Shown: in pieces, positions 1 to 10,225 of the stretch
Numbering within the stretch: position 1 is the first letter of the stretch
Layout of the letters: each line of letters begins with the position of its first letter
DNA from: Selaginella moellendorffii
Lineage: Eukaryota > Plantae > Lycopodiophyta
DNA length: 18,545 nucleotides
Assembly: GCF_000143415.4 (NCBI RefSeq)
Contig: NW_003314516.1
Span: forward strand, 1 to 18,545
Direction of reading: 5' to 3'
Translations under genes and position numbers: made by a program
Notes under the pieces: generated by a model
The model's input: only the letters and a program-made list of their open reading frames with translations
Told to the model about the DNA's origin: nothing
Databases searched by the model: none

Positions 1-752
1 TAGCAAATAAGAGATAGTTTTTCTTTCATGTATATAAAATGTATAAAGAATTTGGTGGTTCTCACTCACCATATAACTATAGTTTGAATATTTCTTTTAG
101 AGTATTGCATAATTAAAACTTTTATAGAAAAATTACATTATCTTCTTATGTTGCAAATAACTATTCTACATTTCTTAGGTTTGGTCAATTTATAATTTCT
201 CAATATGTCTAGAACTATTCTCTATTGCCATTGGTATTGGTAGAAATCTGGATAAATTTGCTTATGTATGTTTTTAAATGCAAAACGAGATACATAATAG
301 AAATTCTATTATTCTTTAGTAAACTATAAATTTTAAAGGCATCATTACAATTCAGGTAATAAAGAAGTTAACTCAGTACACAATTAAATTTATAACTTCA
401 CCAAACCAGTTATAAAAACCTATTATTCTTTGGTATAATTCTTTGATTTTGTGAAAAATCAATTTTTTTTAAAGGTTGGCAGCAATCTTGTGGATGTGTT
501 TAGGGTTGTGCACCTTTTTGAAAAGGCAATAAAAAAAACTCAAATTTAAATTTCATGATGATAAATAATTGATTTTTTCTTCTTTAACACATGCATTATT
601 ATCTAATTGCATTATTAGAGCAAAGTATTACTCTAGAGATGTTTATCTCAACACTGTATACAATAAAAATTTCTAACATTCTAAAATTAGAAAAGAAGAT
701 CTATTTATCTTGGGTATGTTATATTTCCCAGCGGAGCTGGGGTCTCTGCTAG
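1..752 (+). mobile_element. 3'-terminal portion of a Helitron (starts upstream of the window)
   Basis: AT-rich non-coding DNA ending in the hairpin CCCAGC-GGA-GCTGGG (727-741) and CTAG (749-752), followed by T. About 245-752 aligns by eye with about 11365-11874, which ends the same way. Confidence 0.8.
727..752 (+). terminator. Helitron 3' terminal signal (GC hairpin + CTRR), copy 1
   Basis: 6-bp stem CCCAGC/GCTGGG with GGA loop, 7-nt spacer, CTAG, then T. This is the canonical Helitron 3' end architecture. Confidence 0.85.
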
Positions 753-792
753 TACTTCTTTATATTTAAACGAAAGAGCCAGTATAATAATA

Positions 793-948
793 GCATATGC
801 TGGCGTCACTTATTCTGGGCATATGCCAAAATCTAACGGCTGAGATTAAACAATGGGGAGTCGTGACTTTTGGGACCATAAAAACTTTTAATTGTCTTTT
901 AGGGCACGTGAGCACGAGGAGAGAGCGTCGATCATCGCTTGTGGGAAG

Positions 949-950
<2 letters not shown>
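793..950 (+). promoter_or_regulatory. Putative promoter / 5' UTR module in the leader
   Basis: Two GCATATGC palindromes (793-800, 819-826), AATCTAACGGCTGAGATT (AACGG MSA-like core within an AATCT/AGATT inverted repeat, 830-847), G-box CACGTG (905-910; CGCGTG in copy 2), then a candidate donor AAG|GTACTC before a (CT)n tract. Function is inferred. Confidence 0.4.
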
Positions 951-951
<1 letters not shown>

Positions 952-989
<38 letters not shown>

Positions 990-1009
990 CTGTGAGTGTG
1001 TGTGTGTGT
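952..1009 (+). repeat. Compound (CT)n-(GT)n microsatellite
   Basis: (CT)17 at 952-985 followed by a GT tract; shorter version at about 12072-12113. Confidence 0.95.
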
Positions 1010-1138
1010 TTGATGGAACGATTTAGAAGGCTACAGTCAGCTGTACATGATGCCACTGGTTGGTTCATTCTCGAGTTCAAAAGCTCATGCACCGGAAAAT
1101 GACAATCATTTAACCAACGCCGAAGCGTTCTTCAACAG

Positions 1139-2007
1139 GAGAATTATCCAGTTCGTGAAGAAACGAGTCGCACTTATGGAAAAAGTACTAACGCAGAATA
1201 TCATCTGGTAAAAGAGTCTCGACCCCCCTATTGTCGTCCCTGCGATTCTAACTTGAGATGTTCCAGGATGACCAAGATATTACGGCCAATCGCAGCAACG
1301 GTGGCATCGAGCCTGGCGAGGGACCAAAAACCTCCTACCAAAAGCCGCAACCCGCATTTGTTCCTTATCCAACACCTTTGAGTGAGTTCCTTCGATTTAG
1401 ACACTAGAAAAAACTCTAATGCGTTCGTTTTTGGACAGCTCCGGAAGAAGTCCTGGGAACAGCACTGGATAACGATCCTAAGCGGCTGAAAGCTCCAGCC
1501 TATTACAACAAGGTTGTGTTTGTTTCTCCATTTGCAAAGGTTTGAGAGGCTCACGGCTTTCTCTGTGTCGCCATAGTTGTGCTCGATGATCAGTGAGAAC
1601 AGGATCAACGCCTTCCAGACTTATGCGGGGAACAAATCCACCAGCATCCGCCTGCACAGGTGCATTTGGCAGATCGACGTGCTCTGCTCGGAAATGCAAC
1701 GAGGATTGGGAGTGAAAGGCGAAGAGGCTATGATGGATGGAGCTACGACAGGGACGACGTCTCGGACAATGAGGGGATTCACGTTTTCATCGACGACTAG
1801 AATCAAGGTTCTTCACTCTCTTGCTTGTCGCTATTCTTCTTTCGGGTCTCTCAAGTCCCTGTTTGTTCCAGGTTCTCAAGGCTGGAACCACGACTAGAAT
1901 CAAGGTTTTTCACTCTCTTGCTCTTCGCTATTCTCTTTCGAGGCTTAAAGTTCCTGTTTGTTCCAGGTCCTTGAGGCTGGAACCAAGAGAAAAAATAGAA
2001 ATTTTCG
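1139..2007 (+). CDS. Multi-exon reading frame of unknown function in the leader of unit A (start not identified)
   Basis: GT-AG introns 1208-1266, 1382-1438, 1513-1576, 1808-1871 and 1905-1966 join into one stop-free frame: ENYPVREETSRTYGKSTNAEYHL|DDQDITAN...VPYPTPL|TPEEVLG...APAYYNK|LCSMISEN...SSTTRIK|VLKAGTTTRIK|VLEAGTKRKNRNF. No family recognised. Confidence 0.45.
1793..1985 (+). repeat. Tandem duplication of a ~97-bp intron+microexon unit
   Basis: ACGACTAGAATCAAGGTT...GGCTGGAACC at 1793-1889 and 1890-1985. 1848-2007 recurs at 12253-12411. Confidence 0.9.
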
Positions 2008-3068
2008 GTTTGCTTCCTTGTTCTTCAGTTTTGCGTTTTTAAAGCATTGAGAGGGATTTCTATTTTGCAGCGCTATAAACCCTGTAGTCTCTACATGGAT
2101 AGTCATACGGGACAGCCATACATGGTGCTCTTCAGTTTATGACAAGTTCTCTTGAGGAAATGTTGGCAGTCTAGAACAAAAAAAATGGCTTGAAGGACAT
2201 GATGGAATACTCTCTTATAACAGTTATGGCTGTTCACATCTGAGGGTTTCATGTCTAACTCTCTCTCGTGTCACTTTGCAGCATTAGGAACGAAACAAGG
2301 AGAGCAAGCTCCTTGATTCTTCACTGTTGATAAGTTTCTTTCTCGCATTTTTTGCAGTTGTCACTGTTTCTGAGTCTCCACAATGAATGCTTTGGAAATG
2401 GGTATGTATGTGATTTACAGTCTTTGCAACGTAAGTTGAATGTGTTTGCAAAAGAACAGGTCATGAGTACTGGGAAGATGAAGGCATTGAAGAAAAAAAG
2501 CCAGCATGCAGGCAAATGATGAACAAACATATTTCACCCATATGATCCTGTCACTTACAGGTATCAATATACTGCTGTGTTAGCAGTGTTTACATTTATC
2601 CTTTCGTCTTGATTACAGAGTAGAACCTCTGATATCTATTCCTTTTGGAGAAAGTCAGTGAATATCTTGGGATACAGGTAAACATAGTGCTTTGTAAGGT
2701 TTGCTATCAAAGCTAGAGGAAGTTCTTCGGTTGGGGTATGGTTTTGTCACAGCTTTTTACGGCAGTATGGTGACAGAAAGGCTATCTAGAAGTCCCAATG
2801 GTAGAGTCGACTTAATGCTACAGGTAAGTCTTGCTCTTTGCTATCATGTCATTCTCGTGTGGATCCAGGATACAAAATTTAAGCTCCACTACATATCGCT
2901 ATCTGATCAACGACAGCAGTGGCTGGAGAGAGAGAGAGGAGATTTGGAGTCTGAATCACAGCAGTAGCAGCAGCAGCATCACCAGTGAGAAGATCTCAAG
3001 GCCATGAGAATCCTCCACCAGTTTGGGATCAGTCACATGTACGTAGCAACCAGGTGAGAAGGGCAGTG

Positions 3069-3116
3069 CGAGGGACAGGGACGAAGATCTCACGAGGGAC
3101 AGGGATGAAGATCTTA
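3069..3116 (+). repeat. 24-bp tandem duplication
   Basis: CGAGGGACAGGGACGAAGATCTCA / CGAGGGACAGGGATGAAGATCTTA, 2 mismatches. Confidence 0.9.
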
Positions 3117-3392
3117 CAGGGTCCGTCATCACCCGATTGATGAGGTCCTGGTTTGCTCTATCACTTTGGAGCCATCTCTGAATGGCAAGGTGAGCTTCAA
3201 CGTGGTGGCAGTGATCCAGAGCAGCAGCTCTAGAAGTGGTAATGATGACCATGCGTTTCTCTACAAGGACATGGTGCTGTACAAATCCAATTACTATTAG
3301 CATCACATGTCTGAGGACAAATTAAGTGAAGTGGTGCCAGATTCAATTGTATTTGTGTTGTAATACTACATTATATATAAGGTGTCTCCTAC

Positions 3393-3646
3393 CCTTGACT
3401 GGCTACAAAAAATAGCAAATGTCTTTCCCTCTTTGCTCTAAGTGAGCACTCTGACCAACACACATAACAGTAACATATGTGTCGAGAAGGCCAAGTACAA
3501 GCCCACTGCTCAGTTCAAGCTCAAAGTCACCTTGCTTCTCTACATTTATATCAACAGCTCCTCTACATAATCAGGCTGTGTACTCCACATGAACCATGGA
3601 GCCTAGAGTTGGCCTGTCACAAGATGTCTCTTCTCCTCTGGTATTC
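3393..3646 (-). pseudogene. HEN1: HEN1 small-RNA 2'-O-methyltransferase fragment (PPIase/FKBP-like domain exon); may extend upstream to about 4540
   Basis: AG/GT-bounded exon reads NTRGEETSCDRPTLGSMVHVEYTA*LCRGAVDINVEKQGDFELELSSGLVLGLLDTYVTVMCVGQSAHL. This resembles the plant HEN1 PPIase-like domain as I recall it (NIEG...PSNGSL..ISYSVSL...ES.EEFEFEIG.GAV...LE..VTQMSVGQSA.F). Weaker HEN1-like stretch NDILLMNLSASCISLVLLRKSPT..GSYK at about 4400-4530. In-frame TGA at 3571-3573. Confidence 0.65.
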
Positions 3647-4559
3647 CTGTTGAAGCACTAAGCAACAAGTAAGCAATACAAACCTTACACCATATCACTC
3701 ACGGTCACTTTTGCAAAAGCTTACTTAAATTCCACGCTTGCGCAGACTCAGAATCATGTAAATATGAGCGCACACTCGCAGTTATGCTCGCTGTCCCAAT
3801 ACAGAATTTTCCTCCTCTTTAGTGCTGCTGATATCAGCACATGGAACTGCACACTCACTAAAGAGAATCCATTCACTGCGAAGAGGAACCCACCAAAAAA
3901 AATCCCTCCCGTGCTGTTTAGAACTCTCATAGCAGGCCGGAAGATAGGGCTTCACGCATTCTTCCAGGGCTTGAGCATGGAGTTGGGACGGTAGCATTCT
4001 CTGTGGTAGTGCCATTGCTAGGGATTTCAATATAACATGTTCTTGGGGCCTAGATCGAGAAGCTTTATGGAACCACTCCACTGGAATCATCTCCACATGG
4101 TGGGGTAGCCTCGAGATTGTTATGATGATCCCTATTTGTCTCTGTCTTTCCTTCACATGATGTGGTGGAGAACACAAGGACAACAACAACATTGGCTTCG
4201 CATAATGAGCCTCTGGGAAAGTCCTACAAACAGTTCCATACGGTTCTCAACTATTTGTGGCGTATGGATCACAGATTTGGTGACTCTTGTACTCAGTGTG
4301 CTGCCTAACTCTTCACTTATTTCCTCTGGGAATGATCAGAAAGTAATAACTTGAACAATGTTTTCTCTGCTTCTAAATTTCCAGGCACTTCCACTCTTGT
4401 ATGACCCTGATGATAATGAGAATGTGGATAATGTGGACTTATCACACGAGCACGTACTGTGGGAGACTTTCTCAAGAGAACTAAACTAATACAAGATGCA
4501 GATAGGTTCATCAAGAGAATGTCATTCACTTCTTAGTGACTGCTTAGTGCCTGTAAAGT

Positions 4560-5660
4560 TCACGAGGACTTGGAGAGATGATCAAAAGGTGGCGATGGAT
4601 ATGCTTAAGTGTGTGAAGCGTGAGCATATGAGTTCTGTGCTTTGTAGGAGCTTCATTATTGCCGAGACTTGAATTCAAACTATCTCTTTATCATCATCAA
4701 ACTCTTTATTTAAAGTTGCTATTTTGGCATCGGCGTCACATATTCCATTTTTCGAATATCCATTTTTACTTATGGCAGATGCTCTCAATTCAACGATCCA
4801 GATTTGTGACGCTCCAAAGCAATGGTGCGGATTGTTACATGGTGGCAAAGAGCTTGGTTTTAGGTTTAAGAAACGGTCAATATGGCTGTCCGTATCTGGA
4901 GCATATTGGATGCTAAAATTTTATTGTGGGAGAAGAAGCGCATCGGATGAGAAGTAGAACTTTCCCGTCCCATATACTGTACATCCAAGACCTCAAGAAG
5001 AAGGTGACATCAGAGGTGATTTTTGTTTCAGAATTTCTGAACGATACAGGTATTGCTCAGAAGAAAAAACAAATTTACTGCTTCTCTAGGTACTCTAACA
5101 TTCAAGCGAATCCAGGGTGCCTTGCAGCATTTTTCCAGTCCAGTGAAGCTGATCAATGGCATCGCAACAAAATCCAGTGAGTTTTGTTTTAGAAAAAAAA
5201 ATGACTACCATCTTTGGATATGCCTGTACAGCTTGCTTTGTGTAGCTCTAGGAGATGTAGTCGAGGTGCTGGTTGGAATAGGTGGAGAGGCAAGAGCTCA
5301 GGCTGGGAAGCAACATCCTTGGAAGCTCTCCAAACAGGATCCGATTGATGCACATGTCTGCCTGGGTGGAGGTGCGCTCTCTGTTCCTCATTACTAGAGC
5401 TCACTGCCACAGATTCTGGAGAGGTCAAGAGACTGTTGGACTTCCAGGGAGTAGTTAGTGGAAAAGGTAGCTGACCTGTTTCATCACTTTGTTTCATTTC
5501 TGTGCTGCTGCAGAGTGACAACTTGCACACCAAGATAGAGGAGGATGAGAAAGAGAAGCTGTAGAAAAAGTAAGCCCACATCCCATCTCTGTGGCCATGT
5601 GTCTGAATCCATCTGTGTTGCAGGGAAGAGGAACGTCAGCTCCAGAAGGAGAAAAAGAGA
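4560..5660 (+). pseudogene. Unidentified decayed exon remnants
   Basis: GC-richer blocks separated by short GT-AG intron-like stretches (for example exon-like 5091-5177 and 5232-5467). No family recognised and no long spliced frame verified. Confidence 0.3.
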
Positions 5661-5839
5661 TGAGGCCCTTCCTGTCTGTCATTTTTGGACGAGGTCGACA
5701 GTTACACTGATGAAAGGGAAATGACAGCGATGAAGGCGAAATTGACAGCGCTGGAATGGTTTGGCAGCTTCAATCAAATCCAGTAAAAGATGAGAGGTGG
5801 CAGATGAACAGAAAAATAAAAAAACTGGGCAAGTTTGGG

Positions 5840-7705
5840 ATCTCACCAGTATGGGGAAGACTGGGTAATGCTTTGCGTGTTTGTGTTTTTTCCAACCATG
5901 CTGTTCGTGATTCCAGCGGAAGTTCTCGAAGGCCAAGTTAATCTTTTGAGAGTCGAGTTAGGAGAAGTTCAACTCACAAAGCTCTTGGGAGGAAAGAGGT
6001 GGATCAGATGCCATGGTAAACACGTAAACCTCCTATTTTCTTTCATTTTTTTCTTCAGGAATTCCATCTCTTGTTGCCAAGCCGCTGGGGTGTAGGGAAT
6101 TAAAATGCCTGATTTGGTAAATTCATGAAGCCTTGTTCCGCTTTTCCTGACGAACACTGTAGGTACTCCAAAGGCCTCAGCTACGATTCTATACTGGACT
6201 GGGACAGCAACACTGCTTCTTGATCTTCCTCGCATTCGTTATTATTCTTCTCAGAACTAGGTAGCCACAATTTTCACTAAAATCTAAAACAAGCACTGAC
6301 TAAAGTCACGCAGATCCGAGTTCATTAAAAAATCCTGGACCGCATAAGGTGCTGGTATAGTAGCATAAAATTTTTTTTACGATGCTAATCAAAATCTCTC
6401 TCTTTTGCACTTCTTTTTAGGTGAAAGTTATTCTTTTTTCTGACACAGAAGAGCGTGCATTTCCATTCAGAAGAGAAGCGGCCAAGAAGGACTCCGAGTT
6501 GATGTCTTTCGGATGTGTTTTGTGGAGGCAAGAGGAAGCTTCGATTTTGAAAAGCCGGTAGTTTTAGTGATAATCACGTGAATTGATTCATGCTTTTGCG
6601 TGTGGAGCAGGTTTGGATTAGAGTTGGCACCGGCAGTAGTTTTCATCAAAGATCCAGGTGTCCAGCCCATAACTGTTTATGGTAAAAATCTTCTTTTCGG
6701 CAGCTTTGAGATGATTTCTTTCACTTTGCGGGTAAATTGCAGGTAAATTGCGTGACTCCTTCATGGAAACTGTGGAAGAACATAAAGTTCATGGTAAGTA
6801 CTATGTAGGCTCTTCCTCCTTTTGCTATCTTTTGAATTGCAATTTGATGTGCGTGCTTTTATTTCTTCCTCAGCTGCAAAGCATCACGGCTTCCAAACTT
6901 GGATGTGATCCCGCGGACTTCTCTGCAGCTGGAAAAGATGTAGAAACATGGTACTGCATTGTGGTTGCTGGAAGGCCTGGTTTTCAGCTTGATCAACTCT
7001 GCAGTGTAAGATTTTCTTTCTTGTTGTTTCTAGCTGACGAGTTTCTCATTTTAGACGATGAGAATTGTGCAAGATGAGCTCGTGTAAGTGAGGACATTGA
7101 TAGCCAAAATTTTGCTGCTGCCACTGCATACAAAGACAAGCATTTGAGCCTATCATGGCTTGACGGCGAAATGCAAAAGGTGGATACTTATATAGCTCGC
7201 TGGTTAATTAATCCTTGTTTTTGTGCAGAAATTTTGCTATTACTGCCTCCCTTCTGAACCCGTCCATGAGACTTGCAGGCCGAGGCAGTACCAAGTGCAA
7301 GACGTGGAAAGGATTTTGATGATACGTTTTAGAAGAGATCCAACATCAAAAGCCGGTGGTGAAGAGAATCAATACCTGGTGGCGTTTGAATTATGAGGAG
7401 CCAGATTTAGCATCGATGCTTATTGCTCCATACAGTGATGCAAATGAAATCTCGGAGGTTGGTTGGTTTCATTTAGACTTTTTTCTCTTTTCTTTGCTAT
7501 ACCAAAGAGTTTTTCTGTAGGTTTTATCGTGAATTTCTAATAGTGTTCATGATGGCGACACAAATGAAATTCCATTCTTTGTAAGTGTTGTGGTGTTTTG
7601 AAAGTTTGGAGAACTCTTGACTGTGGGATTTTGTTAGAATACTAAGTCGATGCCTGCGTTAATACCCGAGGAGCAAGCAGTCTTGATGCTCTCTTCAACA
7701 CGGAA
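5840..7705 (+). pseudogene. Internal fragment of a DnaJ/thioredoxin-fold protein gene (DNAJC16-like, Arabidopsis At1g18700 family), lacking the J domain
   Basis: About 12 short-intron exons: SPVWGRL|AEVLEGQVNLLRVELGEVQL|GIPSLVAKPLGC|...LLDLPRIRYYS|GPHK|VKVILFSDTEERAFPFRREAAK...VLWRQEEAS|FGLELAPAVVFIKDPGVQP|QLQSITASKLGCDPADFSAAGKDVETWYCIVVAGR|LSWLDGEMQK|KFCYYCLPSEPVHETC|...DGDTNEIPFF|..MPALIPE. Several stops and frameshifts. Confidence 0.8.
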
Positions 7706-8089
7706 TGCTGTGAGTGGAATGAGGAGATTTATAAATAAAAGTTTGTTTAGAAATTACAGATTGTGCATGTTATTAGCTTCTATGCACTATTTGGCAGAAC
7801 AAAAAGGGAACACTACATTTAATAGAGTATGCATGACTGTAAGCTTTTAATTTTGTTGATGTTTCTTGTAAAAAAAAATTATAAATTGAGCTAAAGGACA
7901 AAAGAAAATGTAATTCAAAATAAAAATATTACATAAACAATCAAAAATTAAAAAAATATTTTAGAAGAAACTAAATTTTCTTTTCAAGATAAGAGCTTCA
8001 AATAGACTTGTTACATAGTTAGAGAAATTTTTCTGAGAGTTCATATCAACTTTCTTTCTAAGCATTATTGGTTGTACAAAACTTTTGGT

Positions 8090-8386
8090 TCCATACTAGA
8101 GGGATGGCTGGCTGGATCCCTCCTGGGTTGAGTCGGAACAAGGCCCCATAGTACTAGCAATCACAACTTGAACAGATGTGTAGGAAGCTGGTATATCTAT
8201 CACATGTAGCCATAAAGATTCGAAAACTACAACAACTTTTGCTTGAAGCACTTGAAAAGAATGTGGTAGACAGCAACAAACCTGTACAACGTCATGAACA
8301 GCCGGATGTCTGCCAGAGTGAGCGAGTTGCCACACAAAAATCTCAAGCACTGAAGGTGTTTCTCAACAGTTTCGAGTTGTTCCCTG
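8090..8386 (-). pseudogene. Glutathionyl-hydroquinone reductase (Xi-class GST, ECM4/YqjG-like) C-terminal fragment
   Basis: LETVEKHLQCLRFLCGNSLTLADIRLFMTLYRFVAVYHILFKCFKQKLL*FSNLYGYM*DIYQLP...YYGALFRLNPGGIQPAIP matches GHR motifs (ADIRLF.TL.RFD.VY..FKC, DIYQ, LNP.GI.P). Two stops plus a deletion/frameshift; cut by the gap. Confidence 0.85.
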
Positions 8387-8486
8387 NNNNNNNNNNNNNN
8401 NNNNNNNNNNNNNNNNNNNNNNNNNNNNNNNNNNNNNNNNNNNNNNNNNNNNNNNNNNNNNNNNNNNNNNNNNNNNNNNNNNNNNN
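8387..8486. other. Assembly gap (100 N; true size unknown)
   Basis: Run of 100 N. The GHR reading frame does not continue on the other side. Confidence 1.
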
Positions 8487-10225
8487 GTTTAAAGAAGATA
8501 GCAGAAAAAGAGATGCTAAGAGATAGCGAGCTCTTGATAAAGAAGAGATTGAGCTTGCAATCTTGATAAGCAGGATTGAACCACTTACACAGATATCCCA
8601 AGTAAACAAAAGTCGTGATGTAGCACACTAAGGACACAGCAAGCGAGGCATTATACCTGTGCGAATACCCAGACAGACACATATCCTTGCAAGAGGAAGA
8701 GATCTAACATCAGTTGCATTGCCTGACACTAGATTCAGGAGCTTCCTTAGAATGGCTTGTGGTGGCAGGGAGCATAGAAACATGAGTTCAGGCCACAAAG
8801 GTCACCATTTCAATCTTATTATCAAAGGGTCCTTAACAAATGTGTTACAATCCACTGCTACAAAAACTAACATTGTAAATTCGTGCAAATAATGGTATCC
8901 TAAGATCACAATCTCCTATTTCAATAGTCCAAGCTAACACATTATTGCAAATGAGAAAAGATGAGACCTTGTAGTAAGTAGAAAAATAAGAAGTTGATAG
9001 TTGGCCTAAAGAAGGATTTTAGAGAAAAAACATATAATGGATTTGGCATTTGAAGCAAGAAAGAATAAGGAAGGTTGCTAATATTATGAAAAATATAGTA
9101 GTATTTATATTGGAAAGTAATTTGTTTTCTGCTATTTAGAGAAATCTTTGGTGATGTAGATATTCCAAACATGCAATTCTTATGAATATCTCAAAAATAT
9201 CATTATTTTTTTAGAAAACACTACTCTTGAAGACTTAAGAAACTACAAGAAAAAGCTTTGTTAGCTTCTTCTTGGATATGAAAGAAAAACTTGAGCTACC
9301 TTCTGCAGTTCCATAAGCTAAGGAGTCCTTGCTGGTACATCCAAGCACATGAAGTTCCTTGGGTGTTAAGTCTTATCAAGTGGTGGGCTATTCAATGAGC
9401 ACGATAAAAATTAAAAATAGGTTGAGAAAAAGGAGAAACAACATGTCTTACAAATAGCAGATAGGTTTTTTTAAAAAAGTTAGAATTTATGCTAGGGTCC
9501 TCCCATGATTAATTTAAATGATGATATTAAAAAATACCACAATAAACCAGATAAATTCAAATAATACAGCTTTTTAATTATTGATAATGTAGATACTGAA
9601 TAGTTCTATTACTAATGCAGTAATATTAATGGCATGCATTGGAAATTGGGATTAGAGCAGTAATAAAAAATGGAATTTTGTCACACATAATGACACTTCT
9701 ATGACAATATAGATTTACTTCTTCTGGTAAGCAAAGAAAATCCATAATATCATTCACCATTATAGTGTTCAGAAAATGGTAATAATGTCAATAATAAGCA
9801 CTATTTTATTATACCATGATAAAAATAAAACAAAATGATAATATTTTATATATATATATATATAAAATATACCTTTTACAATTACTCTCTGGAAGAGTTA
9901 TTTATAATAATAAGATTCTCAGAAAAACTTTTGGCACTTCAAAGATGAAGAGTTAAAGCAAAAAGAAATAGAAAAATTAAATATCCAGGTAAAATTCAAA
10001 GTAATGACATCTAATCAACATGAGTATACAATTGTGTATCAAAATAATTTCTAGAAATTTCATTATATTAAATAGTGTCACTAATGTATTGGTGAGATTT
10101 ACTAAATAATTGTAATAACACTTCAAGAATTAACAAACTCCAGCTTGAAGAAATTTTATGAGTAATTTTATGTTCTAAATAAATTTATTTATAAATATTA
10201 AAAGTTAGTGAATTCACTTCATTTA

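Larger units (their letters stand above)
757..1108 (+). repeat. Conserved Helitron 5' leader, copy 1 (copy 2 at about 11878-12240)
   Basis: 761-950 vs 11881-12070: 5 mismatches in 190 bp, all transitions. Both copies continue with CT/GT microsatellites, GCTACAGTCAGCTGTAC and CCGGAAAA(A)TGACA. Confidence 0.95.

Noticed and set aside
499-507. TTTAGGGTT telomere/telo-box-like motif (also about 11609-11618)
   Set aside because: Single unit in AT-rich DNA; expected by chance.
766-1102. ORFs 766-1092 (-) and 797-1102 (+), and equivalents at 12008-12386
   Set aside because: They run through the CT/GT microsatellite (SLSLSL, ERERER) and the putative promoter; no protein family features.
245-1108. 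Long direct repeats (with about 11365-12240) as LTRs of a retrotransposon
   Set aside because: No TG...CA ends, PBS/PPT, target duplication or gag-pol seen. The Helitron end motif sits inside the repeat and identity is uneven across it.
1793-1985. Possible CRISPR-like repeat-spacer array
   Set aside because: Only two contiguous ~97-bp units with no unique spacers, in eukaryotic intron-containing DNA with no cas genes.
2880-3330. Coding-like block (RVRHHPIDEVLVCSITLEP...FNVVAVIQ) suggestive of an F-box-associated domain
   Set aside because: No diagnostic motif; too weak to name.
5679-6670. Minus-strand ORFs 5679-5936, 5969-6235 and 6467-6670
   Set aside because: Antisense shadows of the DNAJC16-like exons on the + strand.
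8176-8682. ORFs spanning the N gap
   Set aside because: Artefacts of translating through N. Only the 8227-8386 minus-strand part is GHR-like; 8487-8900 could not be identified in any frame.
10207-10218. Perfect palindrome AGTGAATTCACT just before the candidate internal 5' end
   Set aside because: AT-rich, no loop and no following CTRR; not supportable as a terminus.
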